Below, piece after piece: positions 1 through 10,442 of a stretch of DNA of 35,915 bases; position 1 is the stretch's first letter, and every line of letters starts with the position of its first letter. The translations under genes and the position numbers were made by a program. Under the pieces are notes generated by a model. The model made no database searches, was not told the DNA's origin, and saw nothing but the letters and a program-made list of their open reading frames with translations. Source of the stretch: Octopus bimaculoides (taxonomy: Eukaryota). Location: NCBI RefSeq assembly GCF_001194135.2, contig NC_068986.1:87994630-88030544 (forward strand). The letters are read 5' to 3'.

Positions 1-345
1 CCTTTGATAGGTTTCAGCCAGTATCGGCCCAGGCCATGTCTAACTTAATAGCGCCACCTGGCGAATTCTTTTAGTCATATATGGGGCACCATGGCCCACT
101 CTGCTAAAGAGTTATTATTGTTGGCGACATATCCGTGTGTAGGAAGTTGATCCAGGATTTTTGAAGAAATTTGTCCAGTGAACATTAAAATTTCATGGGA
201 TCTGTTTCTGTTTTGATGTATTTTGGTATGGTATTAAAGAGAGCTGGACCAGTTGAGGTAAAGTTTATTGTGACGTAATGTTGCTATGTGTACCGAGTTC
301 GATTTATGTAGTAGGCGGATAGCACGGGGTCCTGTAACCTTTCTA
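1..345 (-). mobile_element. 3' end fragment of a CR1/L2-group non-LTR retrotransposon (degenerate ORF2 C-terminus plus 3' UTR), running off the window start
   Basis: Hand translation of the minus strand, with frameshifts and a stop: GPRAIRLLHKSNSVHIATLRHN/FTSTGPALFNTIPKYIKTETDPMKF*CSLDKFLQK/DQLPTHGYVANNNNSLAEW. This matches the GP.LFN.IP...LDKFL..IPD.P...Y C-terminal pattern of CR1/L2-group ORF2. Confidence 0.75.
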
Positions 346-734
346 GAATGCAGTTAGTGGTTATGTATTAGGTTGCCATTTTCTTCATTGTAGTATGTTA
401 CAGATTTTTGTACATCTATTTTTCTTCTGATAATTTAATTTTTGGTTTTTAAAATTTGAATTAATTGTACCTCTTTTGTCAAGTTGAAAAAAGAGCGAAC
501 GAGTTTATCCGACAAACCAATACTTTATAGTAACATCTATAACACAAATGCTTTGTATGTATTTGCTCATTTTGTATCGAGTAAAAATATCAAGAGAGAG
601 AAAAATCGACACGCCAAAGATACCCGTGTTTGCTTATGTCCACTTTTTCTCGTCCTGGTTTATTCAAATTAATACATTATGAACAGTTAAATATATTTAT
701 ATTTGCACGTGTAATATATAGTTATAATAATTAA

Positions 735-1260
735 TAATTGGTCCTTTTCGTCTATGCAGACTGTCTCAATTTAGCTTAGAGGCCACTTAATCGAACATAT
801 CAGGGGCTCCCCTTCTTGCAGCTTCTTTCATGGTTGATTCTTCTCATGATTGAAGCACAGCTTCTGTCACAGTATTTGCATACCGAGAGGGTGGCTCGGC
901 ATTTCTGTTGTTTTCCTTTCGCCGCTGACGCTTCTCAACTTGTTTGTTTCTATAGCTGCTCTCTTTCAAAGCAGTTCCTTCCTTCACCACAGTCCTCCAT
1001 GTTGTTCTGTCCACAGCCCTCTTTTCTCAGGTGCTGACATCCACCTCACACTTGGACAAACTAGTTTTTCAAGTTTGCTTATACCTCAGTTTTGGTCTTC
1101 CTCTTGGTCTCTTGCCCTGGGCCAGTTCTCCATAGATCAGTTGCTTCGGGATTCGATGGTCATCCATTCTCCTGACATGCCCCAGCCACCTCAGTCTTCT
1201 CATACACAAGATGGCTATCATACCTTGAAGATTCGCCTGCGCCAGCACTTCAGCATATAG
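735..1260 (-). mobile_element. 5'-truncated RTE-clade LINE 3' fragment (ORF C-terminus with terminal zinc knuckle), inactive
   Basis: Minus strand reads EVLAQANLQGMIAILCMRRLRWLGHVRRMDDHRIPKQLIYGELAQGKRPRGRPKLRYKQT*KTSL..., then after a frameshift CKYCDRSCASIMRRINHERSCKK. RLRWLGHV.RM...R.PK..LYGEL..G.R..GRP.LRY is the RTE/BovB signature. Two in-frame stops. Confidence 0.9.
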
Positions 1261-1385
1261 TTATATATAATTACATTTGTATGTGTTCAGCTTCGGATAA
1301 GAAATTTCATTTCCATCAATCACAATGCTTCAAATGGAAGCAATAGAAATTATGATAATCATTTATAATAAACTTTCCTAAATAA

Positions 1386-1552
1386 TCTCTTCTACTCTAG
1401 GCACAAGGCCAGAAATTTTGGGAGAGAGGACCAGTCGATTGCATCGACCCCAGTGCATAACTGGTACTTAATTTATCGACCTCCGAAGGGTTGAAAGGCA
1501 AAGTCGACGTCGGCAGAATTTGAACTCAGAACGTAACGGCAGACGAAATACC
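1386..1552 (-). mobile_element. tRNA-derived CORE-type SINE, headless downstream unit of a dimer (tail type A)
   Basis: Minus strand has the B-box GAGTTCAAATTC, the central block CTTTGCCTTTCAACCCTTCGGAGGTCGATAAATTAAGTACCAG (aligns to the MIR/CORE motif CCTCATCTGTAAAATGGGGATAATAATAGTACC), and the tail CCTTGTGCCTAGAGTAGAAG. No A-box. Confidence 0.88.
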
Positions 1553-1788
1553 TATTTCTTTACTGCCCACAAGGGGCTACACACAGAGGGGACAAACAAG
1601 GATAGACAAACGGATTAAGCCGACTATATCGACCCCAGTGCGTAACTGGTACTTAATTTATCGACCCCGAAAGGATGAAAGGCAAAGTCGACCTCGGCGG
1701 AATTTGAACTCAGAACGCAGTGGCAAACGAAATACCGCTAAGCATTTCTTCGCCCAGCTTGCTAACGATTCTGCCAGCTCGCCACCTT
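1553..1788 (-). mobile_element. tRNA-derived CORE-type SINE, full head (tail type B)
   Basis: Minus strand: GGTGGCGAGCTGGCAGAATCGTTAGC (A-box), GAGTTCAAATTCC (B-box), CORE-like block TTTGCCTTTCATCCTTTCGGGGTCGATAAATTAAGTACCAG, tail CCCCTTGTGGGCAGTAAAGAAATA. The same head and core recur many times in the window. Confidence 0.9.
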
Positions 1789-2461
1789 AATTTCCATAAA
1801 TAATGAAAAACTTTCTGCTGCTCGATCTATTTCATTGTTTATGTGTGCCTGCGATTGTGTTGGTGCGGACATCTTCAGATTTGTAAGCCGGTGGGTCAGA
1901 TTTTTGTTGACATGCTTCTGTGTGCGTATGCAAAATATAGATAACAGTGTGCGTGTATACTTGTGTGTGTGTGTACGTGTCTGCATGTGCATTAGTACAT
2001 GTGTGTGTTAGTACGCATGCCTATGTGTGTTATTATCTATGTGTCTTAATTAATCCATATAATAGTAACAGTGGCTCTAGATCTTTCCATGCCCCAACCA
2101 CGTCAATATGAAGATGTCAAGGTCGGTTTATATCAATGCTTTATACACATATATATATTTCTTTTTTATCTTCATTGACCAGTCAGATTTATGTGAATGG
2201 GAATGGTTTTATCAAAGAAGCAACTTGGCCAGAGGTAAGAAATTCTTTGTTTGGAAATATGTATATAGTCATTTACCCTCCCTTCTTTGCCGTCCATCCA
2301 ACACAACAACTGCCCACAATTATCTATACCCACTCCCATCAACCCACCAAAATCTTATCAACATTGTCCGGCAAAAATGCCCGACAGGAACGGCGTGGGT
2401 TTTCTTTTCTTCCACTCCTACATTAACAACCAGTCACCACAGCCAGCAACCACACTCGCAA

Positions 2462-3174
<713 letters not shown>

Positions 3175-3380
3175 CACCTACACTGATAGACTGATATCTT
3201 AAAACTACAACTGCTACCGCAGCAACCTCAACAATACAATCACTAGTACTATCTCTATTGCTATCACCACATTACAGCTGCAACCACAACCACCAATACG
3301 ATCTCTTCTACAGCCACTGTCATCAAAGTTATTATCACACCATCTCACTAACCACAATATCTATCACCAAGACCTCTGCC

Positions 3381-3677
3381 ACCACTACCACCACCACCAC
3401 CACCACCACCACCACCACCACTGCTACCATGATAGCTACTATTATCAGTAAAGTACAACTGCCACAGAGCCAGCATTGCCAATAACCCCGGGAACGCAGT
3501 AGAAGATCAAAACGAAAGAAAAAAGAGAGCAATAAAGAGAGAGAGAGCGAGAGTGAGAGAAAGAGCATGCGTGAGAGCGAGGTACAGAAATAGTGAATGA
3601 GAGATTGGCAAGACATTTAAAACAAATGTAATGAGATTTCTCTTTCTTTCTCTCCCTTTTTCTCTCTCATTCACTCA

Positions 3678-3746
<69 letters not shown>
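3381..3746. repeat. (CAC)n and (CT)n microsatellites leading into an assembly gap
   Basis: (CAC)n 3381-3422; (CT)n about 3685-3746, followed by Ns 3747-4434. Confidence 0.95.
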
Positions 3747-5942
3747 NNNNNNNNNNNNNNNNNNNNNNNNNNNNNNNNNNNNNNNNNNNNNNNNNNNNNN
3801 NNNNNNNNNNNNNNNNNNNNNNNNNNNNNNNNNNNNNNNNNNNNNNNNNNNNNNNNNNNNNNNNNNNNNNNNNNNNNNNNNNNNNNNNNNNNNNNNNNNN
3901 NNNNNNNNNNNNNNNNNNNNNNNNNNNNNNNNNNNNNNNNNNNNNNNNNNNNNNNNNNNNNNNNNNNNNNNNNNNNNNNNNNNNNNNNNNNNNNNNNNNN
4001 NNNNNNNNNNNNNNNNNNNNNNNNNNNNNNNNNNNNNNNNNNNNNNNNNNNNNNNNNNNNNNNNNNNNNNNNNNNNNNNNNNNNNNNNNNNNNNNNNNNN
4101 NNNNNNNNNNNNNNNNNNNNNNNNNNNNNNNNNNNNNNNNNNNNNNNNNNNNNNNNNNNNNNNNNNNNNNNNNNNNNNNNNNNNNNNNNNNNNNNNNNNN
4201 NNNNNNNNNNNNNNNNNNNNNNNNNNNNNNNNNNNNNNNNNNNNNNNNNNNNNNNNNNNNNNNNNNNNNNNNNNNNNNNNNNNNNNNNNNNNNNNNNNNN
4301 NNNNNNNNNNNNNNNNNNNNNNNNNNNNNNNNNNNNNNNNNNNNNNNNNNNNNNNNNNNNNNNNNNNNNNNNNNNNNNNNNNNNNNNNNNNNNNNNNNNN
4401 NNNNNNNNNNNNNNNNNNNNNNNNNNNNNNNNNNTAAATCCCTCAGTAATTCACGAATGAAAACGTGACCTATTAATCTGTAACATCACATACAGAAAGA
4501 CAGAATATTGGGTAAGGGTGATTTCATGGAACAAAACTGGACTTACAACACTAATTTTAGAATACATATTAGCTGATCTGGATAAAGAGATTAATTAAAT
4601 GAAATTTCAAGAGATTTGTTACACACACACGTACACAAACATGTATGTGTTTGTATATACGTTTTTTGTACATGCATGTGTGCGCGCGCTAGCGTCCATG
4701 TGTGTGTGTATATGTTTGTGTGTGTATGTGTGTGTGTGTGTGCGTGCGTGTGTGTGTGTCTGTGTGTAATTATATATGTATACATATATTTTAGGAATGG
4801 GGTATCTTTTACCTCTTCTTTCACTTACATCATATTTTTTACAATTTTATTTAACTCGCCATAGAGTTGCACATACACACACACACACCTGTATGTATGT
4901 GTGTATGCATGAATGCATTTCTGTCTATTTATCCATACACTCACAAAAACACGCGTTATATATATGTATATATATATACATCCACTTTCCCCTTCCCCCT
5001 TCATCGTCAACACCCCCTCATAAGCTCATCCCACCACACCCCAACACACTCCTACTCTACCTTCCCACTCCACCCCATCCAATTCCTTACACCCACCACC
5101 CACCCCTACCTACATACCCCCTACGCACAGACCCCTACCTCTACCCCACCCTCAGCCTAACCCACANNNNNNNNNNNNNNNNNNNNNNNNNNNNNNNNNN
5201 NNNNNNNNNNNNNNNNNNNNNNNNNNNNNNNNNNNNNNNNNNNNNNNNNNNNNNNNNNNNNNNNNNNNNNNNNNNNNNNNNNNNNNNNNNNNNNNNNNNN
5301 NNNNNNNNNNNNNNNNNNNNNNNNNNNNNNNNNNNNNNNNNNNNNNNNNNNNNNNNNNNNNNNNNNNNNNNNNNNNNNNNNNNNNNNNNNNNNNNNNNNN
5401 NNNNNNNNNNNNNNNNNNNNNNNNNNNNNNNNNNNNNNNNNNNNNNNNNNNNNNNNNNNNNNNNNNNNNNNNNNNNNNNNNNNNNNNNNNNNNNNNNNNN
5501 NNNNNNNNNNNNNNNNNNNNNNNNNNNNNNNNNNNNNNNNNNNNNNNNNNNNNNNNNNNNNNNNNNNNNNNNNNNNNNNNNNNNNNNNNNNNNNNNNNNN
5601 NNNNNNNNNNNNNNNNNNNNNNNNNNNNNNNNNNNNNNNNNNNNNNNNNNNNNNNNNNNNNNNNNNNNNNNNNNNNNNNNNNNNNNNNNNNNNNNNNNNN
5701 NNNNNNNNNNNNNNNNNNNNNNNNNNNNNNNNNNNNNNNNNNNNNNNNNNNNNNNNNNNNNNNNNNNNNNNNNNNNNNNNNNNNNNNNNNNNNNNNNNNN
5801 NNNNNNNNNNNNNNNNNNNNNNNNNNNNNNNNNNNNNNNNNNNNNNNNNNNNNNNNNNNNNNNNNNNNNNNNNNNNNNNNNNNNNNNNNNNNNNNNNNNN
5901 NNNNNNNNNNNNNNNNNNNNNNNNNNNNNNNNNNNNNNNNNN

Positions 5943-5971
<29 letters not shown>

Positions 5972-5973
<2 letters not shown>

Positions 5974-6200
5974 GAGAATTTACGAAAAGAACAACAGAAG
6001 ACGAGGACAGGTGGTGTCAACAACAAAAGGATATATTAGTTTAACGCTCGGGAATAGAGAAAGTCTTTAACGTTTCGAGCTACGCTCTTCAACAGAAAGA
6101 ATAAGGAGAAAAACAAGGAGAAAAAAAAGTTGAATGTCGTGGACAGCGATCTATTATGGCGACCGCCGGACATAAATTCACACAGGAGAGCAAAGACAAA
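5972..6200 (-). mobile_element. Probable Penelope-like element terminal-repeat fragment
   Basis: Contains a minimal type I hammerhead fold on the minus strand (6064-6100), the hallmark of PLE pseudo-LTRs. No RT or GIY-YIG ORF is visible; boundaries are approximate. Confidence 0.55.
6064..6100 (-). ncRNA. Minimal type I hammerhead ribozyme-like motif with a variant core (CUGUUGA)
   Basis: Minus strand: TCTTT-CTGTTGA-A-GAGC-GTA-GCTC-GAAAC-GTT-AAAGA. Stem I is 5 bp (TCTTT/AAAGA), stem II is 4 bp (GAGC/GCTC), and the palindrome AACGTT takes the place of stem III. A6 is replaced by U. Confidence 0.7.
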
Positions 6201-8380
6201 GGGAGATAACAAAAGGGGAATATAGACGTATATATGATTTAAATACGGGGCAAATAATTCACGAAAAAATAATTTGCGAAGATACCATTGACTCTTTATT
6301 ATCTAATGTAACAATTTAAAAATAATGATAATAACAGAATCAATAATATAGGTGATTGCAGGCTTCAGCAATATATATATGTATATACACACTTATGTCT
6401 GTGTATGTCTGTGTGCGTATATATATAGAGAGAGGCTCTATATAAAAATATGATACACGCACGCATTAAAGTTTACGATATGTATAAGGGGTGAGATATG
6501 TTCTTTTAAATCCTACTTTATTTCCGGTCTTATAAATCAAAGCAAAGTAAATTACAAGCAACACAAGCCGATGTAAGACCTAACATTTAGCACATAACTT
6601 AAAAGTATAATAGAAATAGTGACAAAGTAGGAAATTTGACACAAGATATCTGCTCGTCTTTATATTGTATTTTTTCTCGATAGCTTCAGCTATAAACAAA
6701 CACAACATGCTTGTGTCTGCAATTTTACATTACCAGTTTAAGACATAAAGTTTTATTTCTGAAACAACTTCCAGTAAAAGTGTAATAGGTATATGTTTTA
6801 GCTTTCTCTTAAAAGAGAAAATCTATATTTACAACGACACTATTACATTGCTATAGTACAATCCTGATTCTTCTTTCCCTGGTGTTTAGTTTTCCGTTCC
6901 CATCTTCATATTTGTTTTAAAATCTTTAGAAATTAGAGAATTAATTATATTTATATTTCAATGTCGAGGGATATATTTGCGTACGTAATTTTCAGAATTG
7001 GGTATGATGCTGATGTTAGACAAAGAAAGAAAAATGCACACAGTTTACCTAGTTTTAATATATTTCAAATAAAAGTGCCTTATGGTTGTCGACCGGTTTC
7101 GCTTTCCATAATCATGACATTGAAATTATCGTAATTTCGTATTTTCTCAAGAAGATTTTCGTCCATGTTCTTGCATGAAAGTTTTTGAATATAGGTATGT
7201 ATATATGTATGCATATATGTATTTATGTGTGTATGTATGTTTATGGCCACATCAGTATGGGTGTTCCATAGGAATCGACGTTACTACTGCTTTTAACTCG
7301 CAGGAGGAGCCTTCTCTAGCTGGTTATCGATGCAATCTTCACTCGATATATATTGGAGACAGGGAAGCGAACCTCCTTCTCCCACCTTCCAGAAGACGAC
7401 GGGTTTACCAAACCTTACGGTTTCAGGTTTTTTGTGACCATCAACTGTAGTGAATAGCGTTCACTGCGGAATCTTTGCAGATTTTCTAACTTTGTATATA
7501 TATAATCTCACTGGGAATGACTTTGAGGTGTTTTAACATCAGGTGCACAGACATACACAGACATATGTACACTGTTCGAAAAATGTTACTATTCTATGTT
7601 TACATTTTTATGTTTTCATTTCTCATTGTGTTTAACGTTTTTTTTTTATGTTCTGTACCCATATATGCATGTATGTATACAGATAGATGTAGGTATGTAC
7701 ATATATGTATGGATATATGCATATATTTATATATTATTTATATTATTATATGATCGAACGCCACGCATCGTTTTCCAAGTAAGTTTTATCTTAATAATTA
7801 CGATGAGCACTCTTCTACAATCTCTTCTCTGTCTATATCTCTCCCTCTCTTGTGCTTCATCCTTTCTGTTTTTCTCTCCCACACTTTCCCTATTCTTCTC
7901 TCCCTTTCACCGTTCCCCCTCTCTCTGACTCTTCCTCCTTGACTCTCTCGTCGCTGACACGGGATGAAAGGGGATTTCTCTTTCGGTCCACTTCCTTCCT
8001 AAAGAACAGACGTGCCTTTTCCTGTCTTCTCTCATGGCTCGTCTACTTAGCGTTCATAATAATTTTTCTATCGNNNNNNNNNNNNNNNNNNNNNNNNNNN
8101 NNNNNNNNNNNNNNNNNNNNNNNNNNNNNNNNNNNNNNNNNNNNNNNNNNNNNNNNNNNNNNNNNNNNNNNNNNNNNNNNNNNNNNNNNNNNNNNNNNNN
8201 NNNNNNNNNNNNNNNNNNNNNNNNNNNNNNNNNNNNNNNNNNNNNNNNNNNNNNNNNNNNNNNNNNNNNNNNNNNNNNNNNNNNNNNNNNNNNNNNNNNN
8301 NNNNNNNNNNNNNNNNNNNNNNNNNNNNNNNNNNNNNNNNNNNNNNNNNNNNNNNNNNNNNNNNNNNNNNNNNNNNNNNN

Positions 8381-8455
<75 letters not shown>

Positions 8456-8456
<1 letters not shown>

Positions 8457-8671
8457 CCTTTCTACTATAGGCACAAGCCTGAAATTTGGGGGAAGAGGAT
8501 AGTCGATTTAATTGACACCAGTCTTTCACTGGTACTTAATTTATCGACTCCGAAAGGATGAAAGGCAAAGTCGACCTCGGCGAAATTTGAACTCAAACCG
8601 TTGTGACAGAGAAAATATCGCTAAGCATTTCGCCCTAACGTGCTAACGATTCTGCCACAGCTAACCGCCTT
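8456..8671 (-). mobile_element. tRNA-derived CORE-type SINE (tail type A) flanked by (AAT)n on both sides
   Basis: Minus strand: TGGCAGAATCGTTAGC A-box, GAGTTCAAATT B-box, TTTGCCTTTCATCCTTTCGGAGTCGATAAATTAAGTACCAG core, tail CTTGTGCCTATAGTAGAAAGG followed by (ATT)n. Confidence 0.9.
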
Positions 8672-8694
8672 CAATAATAATAATAATAATAATA

Positions 8695-8740
<46 letters not shown>

Positions 8741-8747
8741 GCACCAC

Positions 8748-9120
8748 ATGAGCTATATAGATATTGCGTGCCCCTTCGACCAAACTATAGTCAAAACGGG
8801 TGGCGAAAAAATAGATGAATACAACAATCTACTTAAGTACGAAATAGCCTTCTATGGAAAATGAAGGTGAAGATAGTGCCAATAATCGCTGGCTCCTTGG
8901 GGACAGTGTCAGAAGCCACCAAGATGAATATAAAGGAAATGGGAATAGAGTGCCCAGTAGAATTGTTACAAAATATTTTCCACTTTGGCACGACTAAAAT
9001 TATCAGGAAAGTATTAAATATTTGAAAAGAACCGGTAGTATGGTACCGTGCGCTTCAGGCAGCAAGCCTGCTACGTATGCAAGACTCCAGGAATTCCAAC
9101 AAAACCTAAGATAAAAAGAA
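8748..9120 (+). mobile_element. R4/Dong-clade LINE 3' fragment (RLE endonuclease C-terminus plus 3' UTR)
   Basis: YIDIACPFDQTIVKTGGEKIDEYNNL.KYEIA, frameshift, then WKMKVKIVPIIAGSLGTVSEATKMNIKEMGIECPVELLQNIFHFGTTKIIRKVLNI* (stop 9023-9025). This is the ID.ACP.D...EK..KY..L...PI..G.LG pattern of the R4/Dong RLE. Confidence 0.85.
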
Positions 9121-9623
9121 ATGAAAGTAATAATATATTACTTACCGAGAACACTACAGAAAGGAGTTCTTCTATGTATGACTATTCAATATACTAACAC
9201 TAGAACACATCAGGATAATAGCTGGCTTATTGTGTAATTACGAATTTCAAGTACGAAATGAGTATAAGAAGCGGGCTTCTTGCTATATCACCATAAAATG
9301 GAGGAAAGGAGAGATTTTATATTAATCCGAAAAAACGATCAAAGTACGCTGAAAACCGGAATACCTAATGAAAGTACGGAGCGATTAGCCGTGCACATGA
9401 AAGCTTATTTACAATTAATTCACCAATATCGAAGCTTCAGAATGACTTTGGACTGGATGGTTGAAACAAATACAGAGCTAATGCAATAATAAACACACAC
9501 TGTTTCATTATTTTAATTGATTTATATGGGATACCATTTAATAAGGATATGCAAATGAATAAGCAATGTCTATTAGTCATTATATTTATTAAACATTAGC
9601 TGGACCCGAGAAAAATTAACGGA

Positions 9624-9687
9624 AAAATAGATGAATACAACTTTCTTAAGTACGAAATGGTCCTGCTATGGAAAATGAAGGTGAAGA
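9624..9687 (+). mobile_element. Short second copy of the R4/Dong RLE segment seen at about 8806-8873
   Basis: AAAATAGATGAATACAAC..TCTTAAGTACGAAATGGTCCTGCTATGGAAAATGAAGGTGAAGA aligns closely with AAAATAGATGAATACAACAATCTACTTAAGTACGAAATAGCCTTCTATGGAAAATGAAGGTGAAGA. Confidence 0.75.
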
Positions 9688-9891
9688 GAGGATAAGTGAG
9701 AAAAACAGGAGGGGGAGAAGGGGAGAAAGGAAGAGAGAGAAACGAAAGAGTAATAGGATAGAATAATGGGAGAAGAGGAGGTAGAGAAGGAGAGAAAAAT
9801 GAAAAAGTAAAAAGATAGTGCACTTCAGAATTATTAAGATAAAACTCACTTGGAAGGGGATGCGTGGCGTTCATTCAGATAATAATATAAA

Positions 9892-9934
<43 letters not shown>

Positions 9935-10132
9935 TATNNNNNNNNNNNNNNNNNNNNNNNNNNNNNNNNNNNNNNNNNNNNNNNNNNNNNNNNNNNNNNN
10001 NNNNNNNNNNNNNNNNNNNNNNNNNNNNNNNNNNNNNNNNNNNNNNNNNNNNNNNNNNNNNNNNNNNNNNNNNNNNNNNNNNNNNNNNNNNNNNNNNNNN
10101 NNNNATATATATATGTATATATACATACATAC

Positions 10133-10208
10133 GGGGATATGGCGTAGAGATTAAGAGTGCGGGCTACTAACCCCAAGATTCCGAGTTCGATTCGAGACAG
10201 TGACCTGA

Positions 10209-10254
<46 letters not shown>

Positions 10255-10442
10255 CAACAACATCGAAAATTACCTTAGAAATGAGAACCAAAGTTCGAAA
10301 TTTCCCCAGGACACATGATGAAGGCTGGAGGGTATATCAGCCGAAACGTTGTGTTACCAACAAGCAAGATTAGGACACATATCCGTCAAATGTAATTAAT
10401 GTAAATAAGGTACATAATTCCCCATCTCTTAGATATAGAACT
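10133..10442 (+). mobile_element. Composite non-autonomous element: tRNA-like head, (AAT)n linker, hammerhead-bearing Penelope-like module
   Basis: Head 10133-10205 has an A-box-like TGGCGTAGAGATTAA, an anticodon-arm-like GGG-CTACTAA-CCC and the B-box GAGTTCGATTC (10183-10193). (AAT/AAC)n 10208-10260. Hammerhead fold 10310-10355. The 3' boundary is approximate. Confidence 0.65.
10310..10355 (+). ncRNA. Minimal type I hammerhead ribozyme-like motif, C3 mutated to A in this copy
   Basis: GACAC-ATGATGA-A-GGCTG-GAGGGTATAT-CAGCC-GAAAC-GTT-GTGTT. Stem I is GACAC/GTGTT (one G-U pair), stem II is GGCTG/CAGCC (5 bp), the palindrome AACGTT stands at stem III, and the putative cleavage triplet is GUU. 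Confidence 0.72.

Noticed and set aside
816-1260. + strand ORFs of 73 and 136 aa
   Set aside because: They are the antisense of the RTE fragment on the minus strand.
7175-7450. 91-aa ORF with an exon-like acceptor near 7313
   Set aside because: It begins in a microsatellite-like tract, has no good donor and no recognisable motif.
10133-10205. Genuine tRNA gene
   Set aside because: The acceptor stem does not pair, the A-box is degraded and the ACT anticodon is atypical; it is better read as a SINE-type head. The same applies to 16824-16895 and the CORE-SINE heads.
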